Assembly (NCBI RefSeq): GCF_000315625.1
Contig: NW_005434672.1
Span: 240,006 to 304,005 of the forward strand
Reading direction: 5' to 3'
Length of the DNA: 64,000 nucleotides
Source: Guillardia theta CCMP2712
Lineage: Eukaryota; Protista; Cryptophyta
Shown: positions 1 through 11,950 of the stretch, piece by piece
Layout of the letters: each line of letters begins with the position of its first letter
How positions within the stretch are numbered: the first letter of the stretch is position 1
Translations under genes and position numbers: made by a program
The notes under the pieces: generated by a model
Database searches by the model: none
What the model saw: the letters and a program-made list of their open reading frames with translations, nothing else
Told to the model about the DNA's origin: nothing

Positions 1-320
1 CACCCCCCCCCTCTTCCTTCCTTCTCTCCCCTCTCCTCGTGATCTACTCTCCTCCTTCCCTGCCGCTCTTTCTCAACCCCCCGCGCTCTCATCATTCAAG
101 CAGAAATGCATTGCAGGAGCAGTTACGACGGTTGCAGGCGAAAGAAAGAAATCAAGCGGCGGGAAACATGCAGGAAAAGTTACGACGGGGAAGGGAGGAA
201 GCAGCTGCAGCCCCGTCCTCTCTGCGTGTGTAGCCAGTGAGCTCCTTCTCCTCCTCCTCCTCCTCTCCCCTCCCCCCAAGTCAGCCGTCACTCCCCCTCC
301 TCGTCCTCACCCGGCGCGCT

Positions 321-1106
321 ATGGGACAAGACAATTCCAAGGGAGCTGCCAGAGCGTCTGGAGATCCGTTCGCGGTGTTTCGATGCGCGGATGAGGAAGA
401 TTTTCAATGCTGTCAGGTGGGCTCAAGCTCGAGCTCATGCTCGAGCTCATGCTCATGCTCATGCTCATGCTCATGCTCATGCTCATGCTCATGCTCATGC
501 TCATGCTCATGCTCATGCTGCCTTACTTCTGCTCTTGACTGACCCGCATGCTCTTTTCCCTCGCAGAATCGAAGGGACGATGCCATCAGCTGCGAAGTGA
601 AATCGTCAGCTCCTGCAAAGGCCAAGGTCAACAGAAGAGCGAGCGAACCGACCGTGAGCACGCCTCGGATGTCGTCGAGCATGGCAAACACTGTCCTCAT
701 CGATCCTACCTCTCCCTCCATGCACCAGGCGTCTGCCTTCGGGGATATCGAGAGGATTCAGTTTGAGCTTGACAACGGCTGGCACGGTGACTCGTCCGCC
801 TTGTGTGCTCCAACTGATCGTGCGGTGCCAGTCGACATGACGGACAGCTACGGGAGAACAGCGCTGCATCATGCTGCCTTGAACGGCAACAGCGAGGCCT
901 GTCGCTTCCTCGTCGACAACGGAGTCAGTCCTCGTGCTCTTGTGTACGTGGCATGACGTGTGGGGTAGGCGAGGCTGGATGCGCGAGCGAGAGATGGCAA
1001 GACGCCTTTCAACTACGCGGCTGAGAACTGTAAGGCCGACACGCTGCGATACCTGGACCTCTGCGCGAAGCAGCTGGAGGTGATGATGAGGAGGAGGAGG
1101 AAGGGG

Positions 1107-1147
<41 letters not shown>

Positions 1148-1231
1148 GGGGAGGACGAGGAGGACGAGAGGGAGGAGGAGAGGGAGCAGGACGAGGAGAG
1201 GGAGGAGGACAAGGAGGACAAGGAGGACGAG

Positions 1232-1284
<53 letters not shown>

Positions 1285-1829
1285 TCTGACGTTTGACATC
1301 TCCGGCAGCGGCATAGAAGCTCAGGCAACACCAGCTCGAGTGTTCCTCTCTCCCCTTCCTCTAACCTCAAGGTACTTCCTTCCCCTCCCCTTCCCTGTAC
1401 CTCCTTCTACTCCTTCTCCCTTCCCAACCCCTGAATGGTCAGGATTCGGTCAACCCCCTCCCGTCCTCCTCTCTTTCAACATTCCGCCTTCAACTCCATT
1501 TGCTCCTCCTCGTCCTAGTACATCCTTCCTTCTTCCTTCTTCCTCCTCCCTCCTTCCTCGTTCTTTCTTCATTCTCTCCGTCCTCTCCTGAGTCTGGTCT
1601 TCAGTTGCCTCATGTCAACCACAACGATCGTCCTGCTCATCAGCGTATGCAAGCGCCCTTGACCCCGAGGACTCCGCGAGTGTCGACGCCGCGACGCGTC
1701 ATGACGCCTCGCGCTCCTACCTCGCCTTTGATCCACGACCTGTACACGTCCAGCAACATCCCCGAGCTGCTCAAGTCGCCTCCTCCCTCCTCCTCCCTCC
1801 ATCATGCGAGGGAAGAAGCTCTCATGTGA
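321..1829 (+). CDS. Ankyrin-repeat protein (multi-exon), possible N-myristoylation (MGQDNS)
   Basis: Exons encode DSYGRTALHHAALNGNSEACRFLVDNG and DGKTPFNYAAENCKADTLRYL (ankyrin consensus). Introns hold (GCTCAT)n and (GAGGAC)n. The last exon ends EEALM* at 1829. An upstream exon cannot be excluded. Confidence 0.75.
437..517. repeat. (GCTCAT)n microsatellite in an intron
   Basis: Directly visible perfect hexamer run. Confidence 0.95.
1110..1284. repeat. (GAGGAC)n/(GAG)n purine-rich microsatellite in an intron
   Basis: Directly visible; lies between a GT donor (~1080) and a downstream AG. Confidence 0.9.
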
Positions 1830-1973
1830 CGAGGGGCGTCGGAGGCTGCTGGGACAGCGGAGGAGCGAAGAAACGATAAGATCAGGGACGGGAAACTGGG
1901 TCGAGTCAGGCGGCGCGTCCGTTGGTGCTCGTGGGTGGAGGAGGTTTACTGTGTAGACGACAACCAAACAAAC

Positions 1974-2046
1974 ACTCATTACTGGATGTTGATGAGTTAC
2001 GCTCATTACTGGATGTTGATGAACAACACTCATTACTGGATGTTGA
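1974..2046. repeat. Three copies of a 27-bp-period repeat (core CTCATTACTGGATGTTGA) between convergent genes
   Basis: Cores start at ~1975, 2002 and 2029. Confidence 0.9.
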
Positions 2047-2075
2047 CCCGTGTCAGACTCAATCGGCACGATGAC

Positions 2076-5026
2076 TCAAGCGGATGCTCCGATGATGTTG
2101 CCGTTCTTATCCTTGACTCCGACCATCTATCAAAATCAAACATGTCACGTGAGAAAGTCTGCAGCCTCTCTCGCCCTTACCACACAATATTCATCGAAGT
2201 CAATCTTGCCGTCTCCTGACGTGTCATACTGCACAACAGCTTTCATTCAAAGCACACCTGCACATCCTCCCTCCTATTCATTCCTCCTCTTCATCCCTCC
2301 CCTCCTCACATCTACCCCCACCCTCACTCTCTTGGATGTAAATTACCCACCATCATGAGCACAGCTTTCAGCTGAGCGTCAGTGATGTAAACTCCTTGCT
2401 GCAACGTCGTCAGCCTTTCTTTCCTCCCTGCTGCCCTCAACATCACCAGGCGATATGCGGTCTTGAGCTCCTGAGGCCAAAGTGAGACCAAGAATACACC
2501 AGGGCCTCACATGCCCATGCAACGCCGAGGAGGATCAGGATGGGACGGGGAGAGAACGTTGGCAGCGATCAACAAAGGAAGCAGCTTACCCCGGGCTCTA
2601 TGAAACCTGACCCGTCGGTGTCGATCGCCTTGAAGACTCGTCCTACCACACGCACTTCAACTCCCTCCTCCTACCTCCATCCGCCCTCACGAGCTTCGGA
2701 GAGAGGATCAAACAAATCCCCGACTTGTTGACCTGATACCGTAGTCATTGACCTCTTCTCTTCTTGAAACTAACAAGCAATTGACCTCCCTCAACAGGAT
2801 GCATCTCCTTCTCCCGCACCTGCCAGCCCCCCATCAGCTCCCTCCCTCCTCCCCGCCTGCTGCTTCTGCCTCAATCTGCGGCTTCTCCTGCTCGTCGCCC
2901 TGCACCCATCATGTCACAAGCCCGCAAGCTGCACGCGACAAGCAGAGCATCGAGCAACGCCAAGAAAGCAAGCAAGCCCCCGCAAGCTGCCCCGAGCATC
3001 ACCTTGGATCTGTCCACGATGTGCTCCTGGTTGGGCACCCCTGCAAGTAAACGTCACCTCCTCCTCCTACAAGGCTTCGCCGGCGCCTCTCAACCGTCTT
3101 CAGGAGTGAAGTCATAGTCGTCCAGGCCTCGGATCGCCCCTGAGCTCCTCGTTACCCTCAAGGTCCTCTCCTCCTCCCCACCTCGTCCCCCACATCCCAG
3201 CACCCGAGTCTCACATTGCCCGACGTACTCCATCAGGTTGTAGTCCGGGTTGCACACGTAGTCATACGCCACGTAGCAGTACCCGCCGTCCGCCCACGTG
3301 CTGCCAACAAGCCGTCAGCTCGCTCCCCGCTCAGCCTCAGCGTCTCCTTGCCTGCCCCAGCTGTTCCTCACGATGAAGCACTGGTCGGGGTCGGAGTAGC
3401 TGCCACCCCATCACGTTCGCCCCCTCCTCCCACGAGGCGGCGCCTCCTCTACCCGACTAGCAGCAGCGCATGCGTGCCGTGCTCGGAGGCCTCCGGGTCG
3501 CTGCTGTCGGGCTTGGGAACGTACCCGCTGTTGGCAGCGGCACCTTCAGTAAGAGCGAGCAGTGACGAGGGGAGACAACTTCTTCGCCGGCTTCAAGAAG
3601 CTCTCGGTCAACCGCAGCCCAAACACTATCGGAAACCGTCCGACAGCAAGTCTGCATACGCCCATGANNNNNNNNNNNNNNNNNNNNNNNNNNNNNNNNN
3701 NNNNNNNNNNNNNNNNNNNNNNNNNNNNNNNNNNNNNNNNNNNNNNNNNNNNNNNNNNNNNNNNNNNACATGCCGTCATGCCGCCGTCCTCCAGCGGCAG
3801 GTGCTCCTCGTTGAACACTGAAAGTCACGTGGCGCGCCGACGAGACGAGGCAAGCGAGATGCGCACTGGCTGCATCCGCGAGACGTCCAACGTAATAGAT
3901 GAAAAGCCTAGGAAAGCGCGTCATGCCCTCCTCGCTCCTCCTCGTAGCCTTGCTCCTCATCCCACTTCCGTCCCCTAACCTCTTGTTTCTGCTTCCCTCG
4001 CTCTCCGTCTTGCTCGCTCCTCCCTCGCGCGCCTATTGTGCGTTCTCTTCTACCTCTCCATACTACCTTCCCTCCTTTCTCAACGCCCTTGAAAGGCTCA
4101 CGCCCTTACCTTGAGATGTCTCCTACCGTGTCCCCAGTCTTTTCTGCTTGTCGCTTGCACAGATACTCGTACGCTCCGGCCACGGCGTTGGCGCAGCAGC
4201 TGCGAGGGATCAGCACAGGCCATGAAGCAAGCAGGTCCCTCACGAGTTGGTCACTCCCTGATACTCCACGTCGGTCATCCATCTCCCTGTCATGAGCCTC
4301 CGCTTAGAGGCGTGAAGCATGCTCGAGCAGCACGAGCAGTCCTACGAAGATCCATCCGGTCCGGGATGTCGTGCCTGGGCTTGTACTCCTCGACAGGACG
4401 AGCAGACCCGAGCTTGATCCTCCTGCTAGGAGCAGCAGGCTTCTTGGGAGGGATCTGAGGATGCGGTCAGGGCATCATGCTGGAAGGGACTGATCTAAAG
4501 AGCATCATCATCGTCTTCATCATCATCCCCATCGTCATCATCATCATCATCTCCATCATCGTCATCGTCATCATCACCTCCATCGTCATCATCATCTCCA
4601 TCATAATCACTACATCTCCATCCCCATCATCATCGTCATCGTCATCATCGTCATCATCGTCATCAACATTAACATCATCATCATCATCTCCATCAACTTC
4701 ATCATCATCTCCATCGTCATCATCTCTATCATCATCATCTCTCACCCTTAGGCCTGATCACCATCATCATTTCCGTCAACTTCATAGTCATCTCTATCAC
4801 CATCAGCATCATCACCATCAGCATCGTCGTCGTCATCATCATCTCCATCAACTCTATCATCATCTCCATCATCATCATCATGATTATCGTCGTCTTTGCC
4901 GTCGTCGTCGTCATCATCATCATCATCTCCATCAACATCATCATGATCTCTCACCCTCAGGCCTCTGTTAGCGACGGCCTTGCCATCGACTATGAGGTAG
5001 TGGTGCGAGTCTTCGTTGGACGCCAT
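2076..5026 (-). CDS. Papain-family (C1A, xylellain-like) cysteine peptidase with C-terminal EF-hand pair, copy 1 (multi-exon, spans an assembly gap)
   Basis: Spliced minus-strand reading gives DIPDRMDLR, EYQGVTNS|CCANAVAGAYEYL (catalytic Cys), SRLFIYYVGR, FPIVFGLRL, EHGTHALLLVG (His), FIVRNSWG (Asn), GYCYVAYDYVCNPDYN, then EF loops AIDTDGSGFIE and YDTSGDGKIDFDEY; ends NIIGASA*. Confidence 0.88.
3668..3767. other. Assembly gap (100 N)
   Basis: N run; the paralogous copy has ~428 bp (15728-16155) at this position. Confidence 0.99.
4503..4945. repeat. Degenerate (ATC/GTC)n microsatellite filling the first intron of protease copy 1
   Basis: Directly visible; follows exon 1 (…ANRGLR|GT) on the minus strand. 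Confidence 0.9.
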
Positions 5027-5262
5027 GGCGAAGTTGGGCGGTCAAGTTTCTAAATGACTCTGCAAGAGGGGGGTGCATTGGTAGGGGGGGTACAGCCTAA
5101 CTCCGCGGGCCTCGATGAGGGAGCTTCATTACCAATTTCTGATAGGTCGCTTGTTAAGAAAATGTTGACCTTGAAGCATTCGTTGAGTCTTCTTATGTCC
5201 ACGTGGCGTTCTACCCCACTGGAACTCCTCAAAGTTAATTAATCGAACAATACTAGGGCCAA

Positions 5263-5960
5263 ATCTTTAACTTAACTTTGAGTAAACGATGAAGATTGCG
5301 GCCGCGCGGCCCGCCGCGTTCCAGGGTCTGTGGACGCGGGCCGCCGCGGCCGCGCCGCTCCGGCTCTCAGGGCCCGGTGCCCGGCGGCCGATGGGGCACT
5401 GGCGGCCGCATCATCAGTGCGGCTTTCACACTGTAGCCGGGCCGCCCGCGCCCGGGCCTGCCGCTGCACGGTGCCGCTGCCGCAGTGCGTGACGGTGCCG
5501 CTGTGCGACGGTGCGCAGCCGCCGCCGCAGCCTGTGAGCGGGGCGCCCCTGGCGCTGGCGGGCGGCCGGGCCCCGCCGCCCGCTCTGAGGCCGGGCCGGG
5601 CTCCTGCCAGCCCGGCGCCTGCTCACCGCGCGGGGGGCCGGGCCGCTGGGGACCGTACCGTAGTACCGTGTAGGCTAGTACGGCGGGGGACACTGTCAGT
5701 GTCGGACTGCCGCGGGGGCCCGCCGCCCCGCCGCCGGCGGCCCGTGCCCTCAGCCGCCCCCCGGCGGGGGGCCCCGGGCGAGCGGATGGCTGACAAGGTT
5801 CCGGCCAAACTTCCGCCTGAAGTAAAAAATATCCGGCGGGCCCCCTGCAGTGCGGCTGAGCGAGTGCGGAGTGCGGAACTTTTCAGTCAGTGCCACGGTA
5901 ACGGCGCCCCTCGGTCACATCTCAGAGACACTCATGACCGGCCCCGTTGTCATCAGCGAA
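5263..5960. promoter_or_regulatory. GC-rich intergenic island between the divergent protease and RWP-RK A1, preceded by ATCTTTAACTTAACTTTGAGTAAA
   Basis: Very GC-rich, dense in CCGG/GGCC/GTAC, no credible ORF; regulatory role is inferred from position. Confidence 0.55.
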
Positions 5961-6439
5961 CCAATTCTTCGTGACTCGATGACTCTTCAACAGTCGGAAT
6001 TGCTAGAGATAAGTAAAAGTTTGATCGCTTACACGGTACTGCGATGCATGCGGCGCTGTTAGTAGCAATTCGGAGTAAATGTTGAGGCGCCGGGGGCGCA
6101 AATGTCGGCAGTGAGGGTATCACTTTTATTAAATGCAACACTATTGAAGAACCTGGCACCCCTAGGCTCGCCTCCCGGTGACACACTTCCTCTTAGCGAC
6201 CTCTTAGTCATCCTTACCCTGCACGTGACAAGGACTCCGCCAGATGGAACTTGCAACGGTTCATGTGCCCTTAGTAAAATTGCCCTACCGGCTGCGACCC
6301 ATCGAAACTGGCTCCTCCCTGCAGCGCAACACTTTGCTGCTGCCCTGCTCACCAGGTGACATCCCCTTTCGTCCTGGACTCGATCCGCATCCGTGTCCTC
6401 CTGACTACTGTCTCCTTACCAGAAAACTCACTATAAGTC

Positions 6440-6934
6440 ATGTCATCGACTCCTACAATACGGGTCCATCCCCGAAGAAAGCGCTTCCAGCCCTCCCTCC
6501 CTGGCGATAAAGGTACTCGCGGCGTCAGCCTCGCCTACTCCACCCTGGAGAGCTTGTTCCACCTCCCCCAGGCTCGGGCGGCCTCGTCGCTGGTAAGCCA
6601 GGAAGAGGAGGAGGAGGAGGATGTGGTGGTGGTGGTAGTGGAGAAGGAGGAGAGGGAGCGGGAGGAGGAGGGAGGTATGACGAGGGATGTTTTGCAGGGG
6701 ATCTCGCTGACAGCGTTCAAGAGCGCATGCCGGCGGCTGGGGGTAGCGCGCTGGCCGTACGAGCGGGAGGCTCGGTGCCCACGACAAGGAGGAGAGCCAC
6801 CCGGAGATACGAGGGACGAGAATACAGGACTTGTGCATGCGCAGAATCGAAACATTGAAGAGGATGAAGGAGGGCTGGATCCGGCGTGGATCGGGTGGTT
6901 TATGACAGCAAGAGGGGACTTTGGACTGGAGTAG
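6440..6934 (+). CDS. RWP-RK transcription factor, family A copy 1 (exons 6440-6592, 6698-6934; 129 aa)
   Basis: Splicing GTAAGC…TGCAG gives LESLFHLPQARAASSL-GISLTAFKSACRRLGVARWPYER, the RWP-RK consensus. Confidence 0.9.
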   Translation: MSSTPTIRVHPRRKRFQPSLPGDKGTRGVSLAYSTLESLFHLPQARAASSLVSQEEEEEEDVVVVVVEKEEREREEEGGMTRDVLQGISLTAFKSACRRLGVARWPYEREARCPRQGGEPPGDTRDENTGLVHAQNRNIEEDEGGLDPAWIGWFMTARGDFGLE

Positions 6935-7996
6935 TTGTCGTTTCGCGCGGTTTGCTTCGGGAGTTTGTCAGAGATTGCCTTTATTTGATGAGACAATATC
7001 ACTGGCTGTATGACTTCAAGGATCTCAGAATTTTGTCTTGCACTTTTGATGTACGCACAACCTTCTGGAATGAGGGAGAGCACCAGAGCAATCACTGCTG
7101 TGTTTACTAGAACACAACGAGCACGACAGTCTACTGCTGTCGGCTAGGACCTGAAACCTATTTCCCTACTCGTGCGGGGCACGTTTCCTTGTTCAGGCAT
7201 GGAAACCGATTGCTGGCAGCTTTTCCTCGTTTCCTCCTTACCGTAGTACCACTTTTGTTCATAATGAGGGTACAGATATACAATGATAAAGAGTTCAGGA
7301 AAGTTTGCTTGATCAAGCCTGAGTTTCAGTTTCGCACTACACCCTGAGCCCGAGTGATGCGTCTTGTTGTTGCCTCACTCGCGCCTCAAGAAGCATTGTC
7401 GATCATGAAGCTTCAAGTCACTGTTTCGATGGTTTTAAGAAGGAAATAAAGAGACGGAGGTTGGTCCAGGCCAGGTAGGAGTAGAAAGGCGTTTTTGCTC
7501 AAAGAATTTCGATTTGAATTTCAGCTTGTAATTTTCAACGACAACCATTGAACGATGATCCTCCGGGCCCAACTAAGCTGGAGTCTCGGCCTCGGCTGGT
7601 TAAGTTCGGCCCATGTTGCACCGCGGACTCAGATATCAATCCCCGGTCCGTCAGCATGACCGGAGTCTCCGCCCCCTCAACCGTTGCGAGTCATCCCTGC
7701 ACATGACAGCCGCTAGGGATAACCAGCGGACGATAGACGTTTTGGTGTAAGTCAGATTTTGGGACCCCACCCTCGACCTTTACTGTGCTTGACCACTACC
7801 CCTCCTGACTTCTTCCGCCTAGTAAGCTTCGCCACGTATTTCCGCGCATTTCAACTCTGCCTCCTTCCTGCCCCCTCCACTCTCCGCTCACCATCCCTAA
7901 GTTCCTCACTATCCGACCACTTGAGTGCTGCCGATCTACTCTAAGTTCCTTCCTATCCCACCCCTTGAGTTGTGCTGATCGCTGTTTCCCCTGGTA

Positions 7997-8479
7997 ATGT
8001 CGACTACTGCGATACGGGTTCATCCCCGAAGAAAGCGCTTCCAGCCCTCCCTCCCTGGCGATAAAGGTACTCGCGGCGTCAGCCTCGCCTACTCCACCCT
8101 GGAGAGCTTGTTCCACCTCCCCCAGGCTCGGGCGGCCTCGTCGCTGGTAAGCCAGGAGGAGGAGAAGGAGGAGGAGGAGGAGGAGAATGTGGTGGTGGTA
8201 GTGGAGGAGGAGGAGGAGAGGGAGCGGGAGGAGGAGGGAGGTATGACGGGGGATGTTGTGCAGGGGATCTCGCTGACAGCGTTCAAGAGCGCATGCCGGC
8301 GGCTAGGGGTAGCGCGCTGGCCGTACGAGCGGGAGGATCGGGGTAGACGTGAGGGAGAGATAGGATCGATCGTTGGTGTTGAGGAAGCATTCCTCAAGGA
8401 CAGTCTTGAAGAATCAGGACTGGATCCGGCGTGGATCGGATGGTTTGTGAAGGCAAGGGGGGGTGAAGGACTTGATTGA
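7997..8479 (+). CDS. RWP-RK transcription factor, family A copy 2 (exons 7997-8146, 8264-8479)
   Basis: Same core and intron position as copy 1; different linker. Confidence 0.9.
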   Translation: MSTTAIRVHPRRKRFQPSLPGDKGTRGVSLAYSTLESLFHLPQARAASSLVSQEEEKEEEEEENVVVVVEEEEEREREEEGGMTGDVVQGISLTAFKSACRRLGVARWPYEREDRGRREGEIGSIVGVEEAFLKDSLEESGLDPAWIGWFVKARGGEGLD

Positions 8480-9339
8480 TTGTTGTTGCGAATGGAACGC
8501 ACATGTTACCGGATTTCAATTTAAAAGCCAGATCCGAAGCGAATGTCAGCTCACCATTCGACCCTTGTTCTTTAGCTCATTCTTACATGTATGCTGTGTT
8601 GCACCTGGCAAAAGTTTAGGGTTTCAGTATTGTGGTTGAAGGAAAACGATATGGACCATTAAGCTTATAAACTACCATTCACGCCAGCGGCTTGCGTGGC
8701 TACATTCCAGCCTGCTATTGCCATGCGGGTTCACGAATGCTGATGAAGCCTCGAAAGGTGAATTTCGACAGAAAAGGGGCAAATTTACAGCGAGGAACCA
8801 AGTATGATGTAGCTCCTATAATACTTCGATTTGCCGACAGAATTTTCCGTTTCCAGACAGAATGCTCCGTCTTTTCTCTTCGATTCATCTTACACTGCTG
8901 TGCTTCTTTGTCAGATGTGTCGAACTGCTCCTTTCCTCGGCAACATAGAGCATACTCGTCCATTGAGCTGTAACAGGCTAGGTAGGTCTCATTCGTCGAG
9001 TCCTAAGGACACTTCTTCGAAGTCGTGTTGGAAGTCAGTGTCTCATCATCCGCCGTGAGAAAGTCCATAAGAGGCTTGATGAGAATTCACTGTAGACGAG
9101 TCAAACCGTAAAGCTTCGGTGTGTTAGTGACACATCGCAAAAGGCACAATCGAAGAAACACAAGTGCGTCACGGTACTGGGGCCCAATATGATTGAGCTG
9201 CTGTGCTTTCCTCTTTTGAAGGTTCAGCGAGCCTGCACTGGTTGAACTTGTGGCAGGCTTCCCAGCGCCGCAGTTAGCTTGTGAGTGCAACATTCAAACA
9301 ACCGACTCTGTCAGGCGACTGACGTTGTTCTGACTTCAG

Positions 9340-9770
9340 GAGTGCCATCCGATTTCGGCACCGTGCCACGCTCGGGGCCCGGACGATGTTTCAAGTCACA
9401 CGGTCACGTCGGACTCCAGGCTCCGGACGGCGTCCGTAGGCTCCCCGGCCCCGGGCCCCCGGATCCCCGACTCAGCGACTTCACTTATCACAGACGGTGG
9501 CCCGAGGCCGGTTGGCTCAGATTGGACCTCGGACTCCGGGATGGCCGGCCCGGCGGGCCGGGCGGGCCCGGCCCCCGCGCCGATCGGATCGCGGGCGGCC
9601 CGGCCGCTCACTGCCGGTACGCCGAGTCATCAGATGATCACCGGGGCGCTACTCCGGCCCCGCCCGGGATCTCATGGCCGGGCCCTCGGAAGACGAGAGG
9701 CGGCGCTGCCGCGCCGGGTCAGCGAGGATGACAGTGACTCGTCACGGTCACACGAGTCAGTCGTGTGTAA
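9340..9770. promoter_or_regulatory. GC-rich intergenic island
   Basis: Same composition and vocabulary (CCGG, GGCC, GTCAC/GTGAC, GAGTC) as the other islands. Confidence 0.45.
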
Positions 9771-10518
9771 GCACGTCCGCACACAATCATTCCGATTGAA
9801 AGTTGAGGTGGCAAAATCTGTACTGCCTCAGTACCAGGACATGGCATGCAAGCCTCCGACCTATGTCAGCGTGCAGGAGCAAACTTTGATCCTGTGGTCC
9901 GATCGGGTAAGAGCGAAAGCACGCCATTTCATACCCTATACTTTACAAAGCTCTACTCCGAAATGCTGACCTCGGGTACACAACTGCTCAGTGCTGACGA
10001 ACATGTTCACTTTTGCCAAGTTTGCCTGCCAAATTTTATCACTCAGGCTCTGCCCTTCGCGAGCCTCTGACTATTATGGTCCCCACAGTCGCAAGATCCC
10101 CAATTGAGTAAAATATTTGGGGAGAAGGTTCGGGGGAGGCAGTCGCAATGGCTGGGATTGAAGGTCACGTATTCCTCAATGGGGTTGAGCCTCCACCACA
10201 AGTACCTGAGGGCCTTCGCCTTTCCCACCTAGCGACGCTTTGGATAGGGGGACCCACCCTACCCCTTTATAGGCAATAATGACAAGCGCAACTTGCAACG
10301 TTTCCATTACAACCTCTTAACAAACATCCTCTTCTCCCCCAGCGAACTCAGACACCGCAACAGCAAGCCCTCGCGCTTACATTGCCTCTCTTATCACTCG
10401 CTTTGCTTTCTGGATTGCTAATTCTCTTGCTCAAATCGACACAACATTGAATCTCGACCCCTTGCCTTGTCGTAAACGCTATTGTGAACCAACTGCTTGC
10501 ACCAACGACAAACTTATC

Positions 10519-10986
10519 ATGAGCCTCGCTGTACAAATTCACCCTCGAAGGAAGCGCTTCCAGCCCTCCCTCCCTGGCGATAAAGGTACTCGCGGCGTCA
10601 GCCTCGCCTACTCCACCCTGGAGAGCTTGTTCCACCTCCCCCAGGCTCGGGCGGCCTCGTCGCTGGTAAGCCAGGAGGAGGAGGAGGAGGAGGAGGAGGA
10701 GGAGGAGGAGGAGGAGGAGGAGGAGGGAGGTATGACGAGGGATGTTGTGCAGGGGATCTCGCTGACGGCGTTGAAGAGCGCATGCCGGCGGCTGGGGGTA
10801 GCGCGCTGGCCGTACGAGCGGGAGGCTCGATACAAACAAGGAGGGATAAAGGATCGGGTAAAACCAGCTGATGAAAGTGAGACGGATGTACTCGAGAGCT
10901 GCGAAGGCGTCCTTGAGAAAAGAGGGCTGGATCCGGCGTGGATCGGATGGTTCGTGTCGGCGAGCGGGAATGCAGGGCTTGAATGA
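10519..10986 (+). CDS. RWP-RK transcription factor, family A copy 3 (exons 10519-10665, 10753-10986)
   Basis: ATG at 10519 (MSLAVQIHPRRK); same core; intron contains a pure (GAG)n run. Confidence 0.9.
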   Translation: MSLAVQIHPRRKRFQPSLPGDKGTRGVSLAYSTLESLFHLPQARAASSLVSQEEEEEEEEEEEEEEEEEGGMTRDVVQGISLTALKSACRRLGVARWPYEREARYKQGGIKDRVKPADESETDVLESCEGVLEKRGLDPAWIGWFVSASGNAGLE

Positions 10987-11561
10987 GCTTCGATGATGCT
11001 TGATTTGCACCTTTGTTTTGTGTGCAACTTGCCTAGCACAGTGATTGGTTCTGTAACATATTTGAGTCATCCAGCTTTGCTGGAGGTTTTGTATATTACC
11101 ACATTAGTTAATTTGATTTAGCCTAATGATTAGATAAAGATCGAGTAATGCCTCAACCAGACATTCAACAAGGTAATTATCCTTTAGCATAGAGTGTTTC
11201 GAAGAAACATACAAACAAGAAAAGCCGGAACAAGCTGTCGTTACCATTAATTTCTGCTCTCATTCACAGATTTATTGTTATCGGTGCATCTATGAAACTC
11301 TTGCAACTGTTCCTTCACCTTCGGGCTTTGCCGAGCCTCTCTTTCAGTCAAATGTCACGTGGTGCATGTGTTCGAAGCGAAGATCGAAAAGGTCTAGTTT
11401 CGGTTTCAAACCGTCTTAGCGACGCACTTTCTACCCCCTCCCTCCCCCTCCCCCTCCTCCTTGATAACTCAGGCGAACAAGCACATCGTGATTGATCACA
11501 TCGTGAAGTACCTGCAGTGATATCAGCACAACACAAAACGAGATCAATCATTACCTGACTG

Positions 11562-11950
11562 ATGACTACCACTACTACTGTTCGCGTCCATCCTCGAAGA
11601 AAGCGCTTCCAGCCCTCCCTCCCTGGCGATAAAGGTACTCGCGGCGTCAGCCTCGCCTACTCCACCCTGGAGAGCTTGTTCCACCTCCCCCAGGCTCGGG
11701 CGGCCTCGTCGCTGGTAAGCCATTGGGAGGAGGAGGAAGAGGGAGGAGGAGGGAGGAGGGAGGTATGACGAGGGATGTTGTGCAGGGGATCTCGCTGACG
11801 GCGTTGAAGAGCGCATGCCGGCGGCTGGGGGTAGCGCGCTGGCCGTACGAGCGATTGGAACTCGGGCACATCAAAGAAGGCGGGCCAGGGCTGGATCCGG
11901 CATGGATCGGATGGTTCATGTTGGCGTCAGAATGTGAAGGATTGGAGTGA
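11562..11950 (+). CDS. RWP-RK transcription factor, family A copy 4 (exons 11562-11714, 11786-11950)
   Basis: Two ORF-track fragments join in frame after removing a 71-nt GT-AG intron. Confidence 0.9.

Noticed and set aside
1974-2046. Mini CRISPR-like repeat-spacer pattern
   Set aside because: An 18-bp core with 9-bp related linkers in three copies is a degenerate tandem repeat.
4467-5026. Poly-Asp, poly-Ile, poly-His and poly-Met ORFs (also at 319-721, 1009-1591, 16865-17215, 27261-27670)
   Set aside because: Translations of intronic microsatellites that are open in several frames.
5272-5974. Ala/Arg/Pro/Gly-rich ORFs in GC islands (also at 9.3, 22.6, 29.8, 31.5 and 51.7 kb)
   Set aside because: Stop-codon depletion from high GC; no domain motifs; overlapping in all frames.
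7897-7980. Degenerate 44-bp duplication upstream of RWP-RK A2
   Set aside because: Only two diverged copies, not shared by other family members; no supportable function.
8692-9293. Possible gene between RWP-RK A2 and A3
   Set aside because: Only short ORFs with no recognisable motif or consistent splice model.
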